A stretch of 61,086 nucleotides of DNA from a virus (Duplodnaviria; Caudoviricetes), in IMG/VR virus record IMGVR_UViG_3300028837_001401, positions 1 through 61,086 of that record; one strand, given 5' to 3'. A program made the translations under genes and the position numbers. The notes below the pieces were generated by a model, which saw nothing but the letters and a program-made list of their open reading frames with translations, had not been told where the DNA came from and ran no database searches. Of this stretch, positions 19,398 through 29,377 are shown one piece after another (within the stretch, counting starts at the first letter, position 1; each line of letters opens with the position of its first letter).

Positions 19398-20516
19398 ATG
19401 AATGTGAGGATGGACACACACAAGCTGATGTGGCATAGGGATGTGATGGAGAGAGTCGTCAGGGATGACAGAAGGGGTGGGAATGTTGTACCCATAACTA
19501 TTGAAGTGTCGCCTGTAAACTTCTGTAACCACTCGTGCATTTTCTGCGGGCTGGATGGGGCAAAGGGTCATGAGAAACTGGACGTTGATCGGTTGAGACA
19601 GGTTCAGTTTTTCAGGAAAATGGCGATGAGAGGCCTCAAAGGGGTTACTATCTCAGGGGAGGGCGAGCCATGTTTGCATCCAGAATTGTCATGTCTGATC
19701 AATGATATGGTGAGCAAAGGGCTTGATGTGGGGCTTGCTACAAATGGGAGTGTCAATCCGGAATGGGATGAAATCCTTTCGGTGTTGACATGGTTGCGTT
19801 TCAGTGTTGATGCAGCGGATGGTCTTACTTACAAGAAAGTACACCGCCCGCCGTATGGAATAACACTGGATGGTGTTCTGGACAATATCCGCCAATGTTT
19901 GGAGATCAGGCGGCAAAGGGAACTTGATGTGACTATTGGTATGCAGTATGTGATTGTGCCCGGGTACAACGATAAGGGACTCCCTGAGTTTCTGGCAATG
20001 ATCTACAACAGTAATGTATTATCGAGTCTGGACTATATCACTTTCAAGCCATACAGCCCGAATCCGGGTATGGACACAGGGCTTTTGCCAAGTGAGCCGC
20101 CTGAATGGTCTCAGGTGGAGAGTTATCTCAGACTGATCGAGGTTCTGGCAGAGGAGTATAGCGGCCGTGGGGTGAGGTTTCCGGAAGTCAAAACCCGCAG
20201 GAACGCTTTCGAGGCGATGTATAGAGAGACATCGTTTGAACATTGTTATGCCCTGCCTCTGGGTGGATACATGGACGCCAAAGGAGACTTTTATTCATGT
20301 ATTGTGGGGCCTCGTGAGGATATGCTGGCAGGAAGTGTGTATGATGGTTACCTCGATGTGCTCCTGGACGGTATGGAACGGAGTGAGCATATCCGATGGG
20401 CACGGAACGGTCTGGACTGTCAGACGGAGTGCCGAAAGAACTGCCGCTTTGCGAGACATAACGAGTTCCTGACGGAGATCATCGAGAATCCACCGGGGCA
20501 CATAAACTTTATCTGA
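19398..20516 (+). CDS. radical SAM enzyme with SPASM/twitch-like C-terminus
   Basis: CNHSCIFC, SGEGEP, TNG; C-terminal C...YSC...CQTECRKNCR. Confidence 0.9.
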   Translation: MNVRMDTHKLMWHRDVMERVVRDDRRGGNVVPITIEVSPVNFCNHSCIFCGLDGAKGHEKLDVDRLRQVQFFRKMAMRGLKGVTISGEGEPCLHPELSCLINDMVSKGLDVGLATNGSVNPEWDEILSVLTWLRFSVDAADGLTYKKVHRPPYGITLDGVLDNIRQCLEIRRQRELDVTIGMQYVIVPGYNDKGLPEFLAMIYNSNVLSSLDYITFKPYSPNPGMDTGLLPSEPPEWSQVESYLRLIEVLAEEYSGRGVRFPEVKTRRNAFEAMYRETSFEHCYALPLGGYMDAKGDFYSCIVGPREDMLAGSVYDGYLDVLLDGMERSEHIRWARNGLDCQTECRKNCRFARHNEFLTEIIENPPGHINFI

Positions 20517-20534
20517 GGTTTGGGGGTGGAGTGT

Positions 20535-20852
20535 ATGGCAGACAGTATATGGGTAAGGCTGGGAGACGATCAGGAATTTGGAGAGATCGTGAGAGAGCTT
20601 CGGATCAAGACACACCGAACAGGTGCATCGGCGGAAATAGAGGAGGGAACGATCATCGAGTATCATCTGAACCAGGGGGAGAGCAAGCGTCTCAGGGCGA
20701 AGATGTTTACTCTCCGGGCGGCGAGGAATTTGAGAGACACGATCCTGACTATGGATGCTGTGACAAATCGAGAGTTTACTCTGTTGAAACTGCTCGTGAA
20801 GATGGAGCATATTGACTTTGATGGACTATTTCAAGAGGAGGTGAGTGACTAA
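20535..20852 (+). CDS. hypothetical protein
   Basis: packed ORF with RBS. Confidence 0.55.
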   Translation: MADSIWVRLGDDQEFGEIVRELRIKTHRTGASAEIEEGTIIEYHLNQGESKRLRAKMFTLRAARNLRDTILTMDAVTNREFTLLKLLVKMEHIDFDGLFQEEVSD

Positions 20853-21058
20853 TGATCCGAGAGGAAGAGATTATATGTGCTATAGAAAAAGCGAAGGTGG
20901 CTCTGATGAGGACGGGCATGATCCGTGGACAGGACTACGCAGGCAGTACCGTTTTTCGAGAAGGTGGAGAGAAAGGCCTGATCGTGCAGCTAGCCACGGG
21001 AATACTACAGGCGAATGTGCTGGATGAGACACGTCGCAAGTTGGGGAGGGCGCCATAG

Positions 21059-21511
21059 ATGAAGTTAAACAAGAGACTATTGGATGAAGCCCCAGAATCG
21101 TTCAAGGAAGCCTGTGAGGAGTTGTATTCCAGGGTGCTGGAATACATGCAACTGGCAGAAGTTGGTGAGGTTGCCTACATAGATGAGACAGGTGAGGAAA
21201 TCTATCTGAGGGCACTGGAGCGAGACAGATTCCAGGTGTATTCCGCGGATCGGCTTGTGATATGGAGAGCGGATCGGCTTGTGATATGGAGATATGTCAG
21301 GAGGTGGTTTCGAAAAGAGGTCGATATTCTGCTTCTGTATCGCCAGAAGGCGGAGTGTTTCACTGACTGTGATGATTTTGTGTTTGATAAAATTGACATG
21401 TGGCTTCACGTGGTTGGCGGGATGATAATAGAGGAGAAGGAAAAGCAGGAGAACGAGCGTCTCTGTGTGTGGGGCAAATGGGAAACGATAAACGAAAAGG
21501 AGAGCAAATGA
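21059..21511 (+). CDS. hypothetical protein with an internal 8-aa duplication
   Basis: ADRLVIWR twice. Confidence 0.55.
   Translation: MKLNKRLLDEAPESFKEACEELYSRVLEYMQLAEVGEVAYIDETGEEIYLRALERDRFQVYSADRLVIWRADRLVIWRYVRRWFRKEVDILLLYRQKAECFTDCDDFVFDKIDMWLHVVGGMIIEEKEKQENERLCVWGKWETINEKESK
21245..21292. repeat. perfect 24-bp tandem duplication
   Basis: GCGGATCGGCTTGTGATATGGAGA x2. Confidence 0.95.
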
Positions 21512-22383
21512 CTGAGATGATTGAGAGAATGAAGAACAAGGCGTTATATATCAGACGAAAGACGGTGGAGATGTGTCACCATGCACGCATGGGGCACATT
21601 GCTCCTGTCTTCTCGTGTGCCGAGATACTGGCGGCGCTATACTATGGAGATGTTATGGTCTACCGCCCAGGAGAGCCTGACTGGGAAGGGAGGGACATCT
21701 TTGTGATGAGCAAGGGTCAGGCGTGTGCGGGTTTATATGCCATACTGGGAGACATCGGACATATACCGATGGAGGAGCTTGACGAGTATGGAGACGACGG
21801 ATCACGTCTCGGAGGACATGCCGATTCAGGCGTCCCTGGTGTGGATTTCTACACAGGATCTCTGGGGCACGGTCTGGGAGTTGCCGCAGGTATGGCACAG
21901 GCGATGAAGATAAAGGGTGACAAAAAAGTGTCAACAGAGAATCGCAGGAGAGTCTTCTGCCTCCTGGGCGATGGTGAGTGCCAGGAGGGGTCTGTGTGGG
22001 AGGCAGCGTGGTATGCCGCCGCTCATAAGTTAGACAACTTAGTCGCTATCGTTGACGCAAACAGACAGCAGGCGACAGACTATGCCCCTGATGTGGTGTC
22101 GGAAGACGTATATTTCAAAGACAAACAGAGGTGGGAAAGTTCCGGATGGGCTGTGATTTCTGTGCCGGACGGGCACGATGTTGTATCGGTGAAGGGGGCG
22201 CTTGACTCTGCCAAACGGTATTATAAAGGCCGCCCAAAGGTTATCATCGCCAATACGATCAAAGGGAAAGGCGTTCCTGAGATCGAGCGGGTGATAATAT
22301 GGCACTATCGTGTGCCGACAACAGCGGAGGAGTGCTCCTGGTTCAACAGGGCACTGGATTTGAACTTACAACCAACGGCATAA
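21508..22383 (+). CDS. transketolase-like, N-terminal TPP-binding subunit
   Basis: GHIA..FS, RDIFVMSKG, TGSLGHGL, GDGECQEGSVWEA, DGHD, TIKGKG. Confidence 0.93.
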   Translation: MTEMIERMKNKALYIRRKTVEMCHHARMGHIAPVFSCAEILAALYYGDVMVYRPGEPDWEGRDIFVMSKGQACAGLYAILGDIGHIPMEELDEYGDDGSRLGGHADSGVPGVDFYTGSLGHGLGVAAGMAQAMKIKGDKKVSTENRRRVFCLLGDGECQEGSVWEAAWYAAAHKLDNLVAIVDANRQQATDYAPDVVSEDVYFKDKQRWESSGWAVISVPDGHDVVSVKGALDSAKRYYKGRPKVIIANTIKGKGVPEIERVIIWHYRVPTTAEECSWFNRALDLNLQPTA

Positions 22384-22398
22384 GTTTTGCCCGTTTCA

Positions 22399-22419
22399 CT
22401 TACTTACATGATAAGGAAG
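22399..22419. promoter_or_regulatory. 21-bp palindrome copy 3
   Basis: CTTACTTA CATGA TAAGGAAG, preceded by TTGCCC at 22387. Confidence 0.7.
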
Positions 22420-22428
22420 GGATAGAGG

Positions 22429-22797
22429 ATGGGTATTTTCAGGATCGTGAGAGGAAGTCGAGCAAGGGAAAGAGAATATGAGAAGATGAGAATGATGCGC
22501 TTTCCGCTCCAGAACCAGAGTCTCGTTGCCTGGTGTGTTCGATACTGTATGGGGTCAGTGGAAATGGCTGAAAAGGCGATGACACAAGCCTGCCGTATGA
22601 TGAAGATCAATGCGGGTGATAGGAGTCTGAAGGCACTCAACAGTGAAGTGAGGATCATTGTCTCCGATGAAGACAGGGAGCGGTTGAAGCATCTGAATCC
22701 CTTGTGTCAGATAATACACGCCGAGATAGACTGTGGCGATGACGATGTGTGGGAGATTCTGCATGAGATGTGGGATAACCCGGGAGGATATTACTGA
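22429..22797 (+). CDS. hypothetical protein between the two transketolase genes
   Basis: ORF follows palindrome 3; TGATG coupling to the next gene. Confidence 0.6.
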   Translation: MGIFRIVRGSRAREREYEKMRMMRFPLQNQSLVAWCVRYCMGSVEMAEKAMTQACRMMKINAGDRSLKALNSEVRIIVSDEDRERLKHLNPLCQIIHAEIDCGDDDVWEILHEMWDNPGGYY

Positions 22798-23978
22798 TGA
22801 GAGAATACTTTTGGAAGGTTATACATGAGTTGATGAAAGAGGATGAGCGGATCGTTATCCTTATGTCAGACACAGGGTTCAAGGTTCTGGATGACATCCG
22901 TGAGGAGTTCGGTGACAGGCGATGCTTCGATGTGGGAATAGCGGAGCAGAACATGATCTCCGTGGCAGCAGGCATGGCGTCTGAAGGTCTCCGACCGATA
23001 TGCTATGCTATTGTCCCGTTTGTCACGAACAGGTGTCTTGAGCAGATCCGTGATGATATATGCACGAAGAGCCTGGATGTGAAGCTGGTGGGCATCGGAG
23101 CGGGATTCGATTATCACATGCTGGGATCAACACACCACTCTGAGGGCGATATTGCCACGATGCGGGCGCTGCCCAACATGATGATCTATCAGCCATCAGA
23201 TAAGGAATCCACAAAGATCCTTGCGGAGAGAATGATGGGGTCAGCGAGGCCTTGTTATTTCAGGCTCTCACGATACGGTCAGGAGTCGTTGTACCGCAAG
23301 AGGAGGGAGTTCTGTGGCTTCCAGCTTGTGCCCGGAAGTGGAGGAAATCCTGTTATTATCTCCTCTGGAGTCGTGCTAGAGGAGGTTCTGAAGGCGGTGG
23401 AGATTGTCCGCAAAAACACCGACCCGAAAATGAGCTGTTCGGTGCTCGACGTGGGGTGTCTGAAGGGTTACGATCTGGACACAGTTGCCCTTCTGGGTGC
23501 CGTATCGGGTAGTGATAGGGTATTCACGGTTGAGGAGCACACGCACGTGGGCGGATTGGCGGATCTGGTGAATTCCGTGATTGAGGAACGGCCGCCGCTT
23601 GAGCGCCCGATGGTGACACGCATTGGTATACCTGACACGTTTCTGCCAAAATACGGGTCGAGGGAATATCTGCTCAGGGAGTCGGGTCTCCATGCCGAGT
23701 CGATTGCCGAGCGGATACTGGAGAAGTATCCCAACAGAAGGCGCAAACACGGGATCGAGGTCTATGGGCGCACAAACCAGTCACGGTCGAGAGAGGATCA
23801 CGTCGTTATCGGGAGGACTGAACCAGACTATATTGAGAAGTGCGGACTGGGTTACTTGTATATTGTGCAGGGCGGCAAACTAAACGGGGTCAGGTTCAAC
23901 TCAGTTGACGGGGTTAGACATGTGATCGGGGAATTGGAGTTGATGGTTGAAAATGCCGAGAAAGTCGAGAATCCGTAG
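22797..23978 (+). CDS. transketolase-like, C-terminal subunit with an extra ~80-aa tail
   Basis: DVGIAEQNMI..AAGMA, EQIRDD, GSTHH, LPNM, YFRL, TVEEH...GGL. Confidence 0.93.
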   Translation: MREYFWKVIHELMKEDERIVILMSDTGFKVLDDIREEFGDRRCFDVGIAEQNMISVAAGMASEGLRPICYAIVPFVTNRCLEQIRDDICTKSLDVKLVGIGAGFDYHMLGSTHHSEGDIATMRALPNMMIYQPSDKESTKILAERMMGSARPCYFRLSRYGQESLYRKRREFCGFQLVPGSGGNPVIISSGVVLEEVLKAVEIVRKNTDPKMSCSVLDVGCLKGYDLDTVALLGAVSGSDRVFTVEEHTHVGGLADLVNSVIEERPPLERPMVTRIGIPDTFLPKYGSREYLLRESGLHAESIAERILEKYPNRRRKHGIEVYGRTNQSRSREDHVVIGRTEPDYIEKCGLGYLYIVQGGKLNGVRFNSVDGVRHVIGELELMVENAEKVENP

Positions 23979-24080
23979 AAACTGCCCGAAGTGTGGAAGT
24001 CTATATGAGAAGGATCATTTCTGCCTCGCTACAGAGAAGATGAAACGGGTGCTTCTCGAAAAGGAGAACGGACTGAAAAT

Positions 24081-24599
24081 ATGGGTCGAATTTGGTCTAA
24101 AGCCCGGAGAGAAGTTCCGGTAATCCTCACCCTGTTGGTGCTGGTGGGATGTGTGAATGTACCCACTGGGGTGGAGAGGGAATGGATACCTGGTGCGAGT
24201 ATAAAGTCTGCGGTGGTGGATGCTGCCGCAGGCAACATTGTTATGTTCGACGTGAAGAACATTGTGCCGTGGGATGGTGCGTATTTCTCATATACTGTGG
24301 AGGAACTCCGGGACTGGTTGGAGCAAGGGCAATGGATCGCCGATAGACCGTATAAACCCAACACGAATGACTGTGACGACTTTGCCATCTCTTTCATGGT
24401 CTATGTGAGGCAGGGTGGGGCTTTTCCTGGAGCACCCTTCGGGCTGATACGATTACGGGAGGATGACAGAATCACGGCACACATGGCAAACATATTCATT
24501 GATGCGGATCTGACGGTGTGGTTAGTTGACTGGAGACTGACGGATGAGTTCGTGAAGCTCAAAGGGTCGGGATTCATTATATTCGATGTCGAGGTGTAG
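24081..24599 (+). CDS. putative lipoprotein with papain/transglutaminase-like DCDDFA domain
   Basis: LLVLVGC lipobox-like segment; DCDDFA and H.AN.F motifs. Confidence 0.6.
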   Translation: MGRIWSKARREVPVILTLLVLVGCVNVPTGVEREWIPGASIKSAVVDAAAGNIVMFDVKNIVPWDGAYFSYTVEELRDWLEQGQWIADRPYKPNTNDCDDFAISFMVYVRQGGAFPGAPFGLIRLREDDRITAHMANIFIDADLTVWLVDWRLTDEFVKLKGSGFIIFDVEV

Positions 24600-25251
24600 A
24601 GGTGTGATATGAGTAAAGAGAATAGAGAAGTGCTTAGAGAAACTGAAGAAAAGATGCAGGCGTTTGAGGAGGCGAAAGAGGAAGCGGTTGTCTGGTTTCT
24701 ATCGGAGGAACTAAAGAAGCGGGCAGATAGGTTGTCGGAGCAGATGGCTCTGTGTGGGTTTCCACACGACACACCCCTGGAGGAAAGAGACGATCCGGAG
24801 GCGATAAGGCTTAGAGCGTTGAGAGAAAGGCTCTTAGCTACAGCGCCGTTTTAAGAGGAGAGATCATGTGTAGAGATAGCAGCCAAATATGGAAAGAATA
24901 CAAACTCCTGGATGCCGCCTCCCGGTGTGACGATGACTTCCCATCACTGAGGGGAATGACAATACAGGAGAGGATCGAAAAGAAAGAGAAGCTCCTTGAT
25001 GAATACAGGGCGGCGAGGGGGAGGGAACAGGATCAGAAGGAGCAAAGGTGTCGGGTCGAGAAGCAAAAGAGGAGGTGATGACTGTGAAAGGTTACAAAGT
25101 TGTCAGGAAATGCCCCATCTGTGGTAACTGGGAGTCGCTCTATGATGTGGGACAATTGAATCTTTACAGGTGCTCCACGGGCAGGAAAATGAAAATACAA
25201 TGTGGGTGAGTGGACAGAGCGACGGAGAGACATTAGACTGGGAGGAGCAAC

Positions 25252-26754
25252 ATGCCTAAAAGAGTTCTATTCTTATACAAGCGGTCGAGTTTCATAGCTC
25301 CGTTGACTATATGCCAGTTGAGTGCAGCAGCCAAGTCACACGGGCATGAAACATACTTGTGTGACATGAATAATGAGGACGTGATAGAAAAGGTTAGGGC
25401 ATACGGCATTGATGTTGTAGCCATATCAACAATGACTGGGGAGTCGAAGCATTATATCAAGGCAGCGCAGGACATCAAAGATCATGATCCGTATGTCACA
25501 ATCATTGCTGGTGGAATACACCCCACGTATTACCCGCAGGTGGTGAACGAAGCGCCGTTTGATTTTATTTGCATAGGGGAAGGGGATCACGCCCTCCCCA
25601 AATTCCTGGATATTATACCCTGCGCACGGGATGGGGGGTCTTGCTCTATTAGCATGGTTCGGGTAAGGAACATTCTTCGGAAACTACCTGGACGTGGACA
25701 GAGGCACGACGATCCGATTGAGCAGGCAAATGTGCGCCCGCTGGTTGCGGATCTGGACACTCTCCCGCATCCTGACTGGGGGTTGGTCTACGATAACACA
25801 AAGATGGGTCAGATACCCATGAAAATCTACATGACAGGTCGAGGATGCCCCTTTAGTTGCAGCTATTGTTGGAATAGAAACCTAAAGGAGTTATACAAAG
25901 GGAAGGGTAAATTTGTGCGTAAAAATTCCGTGGACTACGTGATCGAGGGTCTGAAGCAGATCAGGGATCGGTGGCCGGTGAGCACGTTCAAGTTCTATGA
26001 TGACATGCTGATCTGGAAGGCGGATGACTGGGCGGTGGAGTTTTCCGAGAGATACAGGAGAGAGATCGGCCTCCCGTTTTTTGCCTTTTGTCGTGCGGAG
26101 TTAGCCACGGAGGATGTGATCCGTCTCCTGGCGGAGGCAGGGTGTCGGACGTTGAGCATGAGCATCGAAGCGGGGAATCCACGGGTGAGAGAGGATCTGC
26201 TCAACAGGAGGATGACAAACGATCAGATCATCGATGCTCATCTGATAGCGAGGAAATACGGTCTGAAGACATTCACAAATGTGATCCTGGGTATTCCCGA
26301 CACGAAAACAGAGCACGATCTGGAGTCGATGGATCTGGCGATCAGGTCGAAAGTTGACTGGGGAGAGTATCTGATTTATGAGCCGTTTCCTGGGACGTGG
26401 TTGGGTGATTACTCTGTGAGGCGGGGATATTACAAACCGAGTTATGATCACATGCACTCAGGGTATCATTACAAGTCGCCGCTGACGTGTTTCACAGAAA
26501 TGGAGAAGCGGATACAGTTGAACATGACAACTATCGGTGTGGTGGGTACGGTTCTGCCGATGTTCCGGAATCTGATTGTGAAGCATCTGCTCAGGACGAA
26601 GCCCAACAAACTGTTTTTGCTCTGTTACTATGTGGTCAAGATGTATGTGATCAGACGGAAGCTGTACCCCACGAAGACAACTCTGAGAAATTCTCTCAGG
26701 ATATACTGGCAGAGCTTCAAGCAGGAAGTGATGAAGCACACGGAGGAGGTGTGA
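25252..26754 (+). CDS. B12-binding radical SAM enzyme (class B methyltransferase-like)
   Basis: GGIHPT, GEGD, GRGCPFSCSYC, FYDD, SIEAGN. Confidence 0.92.
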   Translation: MPKRVLFLYKRSSFIAPLTICQLSAAAKSHGHETYLCDMNNEDVIEKVRAYGIDVVAISTMTGESKHYIKAAQDIKDHDPYVTIIAGGIHPTYYPQVVNEAPFDFICIGEGDHALPKFLDIIPCARDGGSCSISMVRVRNILRKLPGRGQRHDDPIEQANVRPLVADLDTLPHPDWGLVYDNTKMGQIPMKIYMTGRGCPFSCSYCWNRNLKELYKGKGKFVRKNSVDYVIEGLKQIRDRWPVSTFKFYDDMLIWKADDWAVEFSERYRREIGLPFFAFCRAELATEDVIRLLAEAGCRTLSMSIEAGNPRVREDLLNRRMTNDQIIDAHLIARKYGLKTFTNVILGIPDTKTEHDLESMDLAIRSKVDWGEYLIYEPFPGTWLGDYSVRRGYYKPSYDHMHSGYHYKSPLTCFTEMEKRIQLNMTTIGVVGTVLPMFRNLIVKHLLRTKPNKLFLLCYYVVKMYVIRRKLYPTKTTLRNSLRIYWQSFKQEVMKHTEEV

Positions 26755-26755
26755 G

Positions 26756-27151
26756 ATGTCAAAACGGAGAGTAGTTATGTGTCAGGACTTGTGCGAGCTT
26801 ATGGGTGACTTCCGTTCTGTATTACGAAAAGCGTTAAGCAGGACGTTAACCCATCAGCAGATTATCAGAGGGCGAAGCTATAAACTGTTTTGGCGCTGGC
26901 CTAGTTATAACATAATCCTGAAAACGAGAAGGCAATACTGGGGATGGAAGAGGATATTGATATACTACAGGGTGGATTCTGCCACATGGTGGTTAGATAG
27001 GATAGACAGGGCAAAATACAGGGACGAGGATCTCCCTTTATTCAGAGTTGCACTAGCTGAGTTGAGGGAGGTGGTGACAGAAGAGCGGGGGGCAGAAGAG
27101 GCAAGAAAGAAGGCTGATGAGGAAATGACTAAGGCGTTGCTAGGACTATAA
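26756..27151 (+). CDS. hypothetical protein
   Basis: strong RBS, packed ORF. Confidence 0.55.
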   Translation: MSKRRVVMCQDLCELMGDFRSVLRKALSRTLTHQQIIRGRSYKLFWRWPSYNIILKTRRQYWGWKRILIYYRVDSATWWLDRIDRAKYRDEDLPLFRVALAELREVVTEERGAEEARKKADEEMTKALLGL

Positions 27152-27164
27152 TGGAGGAGTAGTA

Positions 27165-27503
27165 ATGGACATCAAAGTTGAGGATAGCAAGGGGCTTTTA
27201 GACTCGTTTTTCGAGAAGATGGCAACTCGTATTCAGGATAAACAGTTGGTAAATGACAGTGTTGCCCGAGCTCTGGAACGGTTCAAAGAATTCAATGATA
27301 TATTGACAGAAATAGCGGAGAAAGAGCCAGAGATAATGGCTACGTTTGTATACTTTGTCCTGAGAAACACGATCATGCTGGTGAATGCTACGAAGGCGAC
27401 AGCGGAAGAGATTACAGGAAACAAAGGTCTGTGGGCGTTCATAAACAGTCTGCCTTTTGACTACGAGAAAGTAAAGATGGCGATGAGGGCGGAGTGGAAC
27501 TGA
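27165..27503 (+). CDS. hypothetical protein
   Basis: GGAGGAG RBS. Confidence 0.6.
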   Translation: MDIKVEDSKGLLDSFFEKMATRIQDKQLVNDSVARALERFKEFNDILTEIAEKEPEIMATFVYFVLRNTIMLVNATKATAEEITGNKGLWAFINSLPFDYEKVKMAMRAEWN

Positions 27504-27901
27504 GGGGTGATGGTATGAGCAAAACGATAGTGCTACAGATGATCATAGCGATAGTGCTTACGAGTCTTTTTCTTGCTTGTCACGAGATGAACGATCCGAC
27601 AGGAACGATCACTGTGGCAGGTGTCACTCTCAGGGGTATGTCGGTTAATAATGCGAGACTGATCAACGGGAACGACTTTGACGTCAGGATCAGGAAAGTG
27701 TATCAGAGCTATGGTGACACTACTGAGTGGATCAGGGAGTGCGGAGCAGGGGAGAGTATAGCAGCGGGGTACGCATCAGAAAAGACGGGTTACTATATCG
27801 CCACGCCGGATGGTGTGGAGATAGGATTCATCAATGTGGGGGCATGGTGGGTTCATAGACAGAATGGACGTCCGAAGTCGGAGGAATTCTCGTGGAAATA
27901 A
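27494..27901 (+). CDS. putative lipoprotein
   Basis: MSKTIVLQMIIAIVLTSLFLAC signal and lipobox; true start probably the internal ATG. Confidence 0.55.
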   Translation: MELRGDGMSKTIVLQMIIAIVLTSLFLACHEMNDPTGTITVAGVTLRGMSVNNARLINGNDFDVRIRKVYQSYGDTTEWIRECGAGESIAAGYASEKTGYYIATPDGVEIGFINVGAWWVHRQNGRPKSEEFSWK

Positions 27902-28176
27902 AATGGATGTGCTTAGCGGCAGCAACCTGTATGCCGAGATGGTATCTTAAAGAGATAGAGCGACAGCAGAAATATCATGAGTATTGTCTGAAGATGCAGG
28001 CGATACTGGGAAAGAGTCGGGAGGAGATCCTGAAGTCGTTCCAGAGCACGCCATGGAGTTTCGAGACGTTCTACCTGGTAGTGATGAGGGAGGGGGAATT
28101 GCCTAGTGAGGACAGGGTGAGACGCACTCTGGGTTATGAGGAACTGTTACAGAAAATGATAGAGGAGGAATGAGGG

Positions 28177-28905
28177 GTGGAAATAGTAGAGTCAATAGGC
28201 AGAAGGCAAGTTCTGTTGAGGGCGTGGGATACAGACAAAGAAGAGATGGTGTATGATGTAGGGGCATACTGCAACGACATCACAACTTTCTGGTTTTCTG
28301 TTTGGGAGCAGTGGTATATCAACACAAAGTACGCAGAGGATAATAGATTCATTGTCATGTATTCGGTCGGCACAAAGGACATGAATGGTAAAGATGTTTT
28401 CGAGGGCGATATTATAAAATACAGGGGGTATAACTACTTTTTCCAAGGTGTTGTGGTCTGGGATCAAACCTACAACACCATCCAGGGCAAGGAAGACTGG
28501 CACACCAAGAACTATAAGTCACGCACAATGCAGATGACGCCGGTCCTGGAGGCAACGCTGCATGATGTGTGGCGCTCGGATTCTCGGTGTGAGTATGTTT
28601 TCCACAACAATGGGAAGCGCAGGTCATACATAGACGGGACGCTCCGAAGCGTGTGCAAACGGGCTGGGCTTGTGGGAGTGACGCTCCATACTCTCAGACA
28701 TACCTTCGCCAGTCATTTAGTCCTTGCGGGAGTGACGCTCAGGGAGGTTCAGGAGCTAATGGGACACCAGAGCTTTGAGACGACGCTGCTCTATGCCCAT
28801 CTGTCTGAAGGGCATGTAAAGAAGCAGGTAATGAGATTGCCGTTTGCTGGGGAGAAAGAACTCAAGCCTGTAAGGGTTCTGAAAGCGGTCGGGAAGGAGG
28901 GATAG
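28177..28905 (+). pseudogene. chimeric ORF: YopX-family N-terminus fused to the C-terminal half of a tyrosine recombinase
   Basis: LRAWD...GTKDMNGKDVFEGDII (YopX); then HTLRHTFASHL...LMGH...TTLLYAH (integrase box II) without the first catalytic Arg region. Confidence 0.8.
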
Positions 28906-29189
28906 TATGAGGTTTGATGTAGACAGGGATATTGTTTTCGTGCCGTTTGAGTTAAAGTCGAAAACTCAGGCCTGGGAGGTCATGAATAAGCTGGCCGGTG
29001 ATTCGATTGGTGTTGTCAAGTGGTATCCTGCTTGGAGGCATTACTGCTTTTTCCCGGACCATGAGACGGTTTTCAGTGATCGTTGTATGCTGAAAATAGG
29101 TCAGTTTGTGGAAGCGCAGAATAGAGCGCACCGAGGCAGTTGAGGATTGTGAGGAGAAAGGTGTTGTGGTCTGGGATCAAACCTACAAC
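28445..29189. mobile_element. 681-bp insert flanked by perfect 32-bp direct repeats (28445-28476 and 29158-29189)
   Basis: AAGGTGTTGTGGTCTGGGATCAAACCTACAAC twice; removing 713 bp restores the YopX frame. Confidence 0.8.
28907..29143 (+). CDS. hypothetical phage protein carried on the insert
   Basis: AAGGAGG RBS; GVVKWYPAWRHYCFFP. Confidence 0.7.
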   Translation: MRFDVDRDIVFVPFELKSKTQAWEVMNKLAGDSIGVVKWYPAWRHYCFFPDHETVFSDRCMLKIGQFVEAQNRAHRGS

Positions 29190-29348
29190 CTCGGTAAATG
29201 GGCGATTCGGTGCAGACCCCAGGATGTCGATGGGCCTATCGGCATATTCAGTGGATACTCCTATGGTTCGGATAGTGACGCATTCCTCACATCTTGGTCG
29301 AACGATGGTAATGTTGAGGTTGTGGGTAATGTTTTTGAAAACAGGTAA
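29158..29348 (+). pseudogene. YopX-family C-terminal fragment
   Basis: GVVVWDQTYN...VEVVGNVFEN, typical YopX ending. Confidence 0.75.
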
Positions 29349-29377
29349 GAAATGTTATAAAGCATGGAGGCCTATTG

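Noticed and set aside
28477-28905. Functional phage integrase
   Set aside because: Lacks the N-terminal binding domains and the first catalytic Arg region; fused to a YopX fragment
28445-29189. 32-bp repeats as a CRISPR mini-array
   Set aside because: Only two copies, 681 bp apart, both in coding frame with YopX; no spacer-sized units
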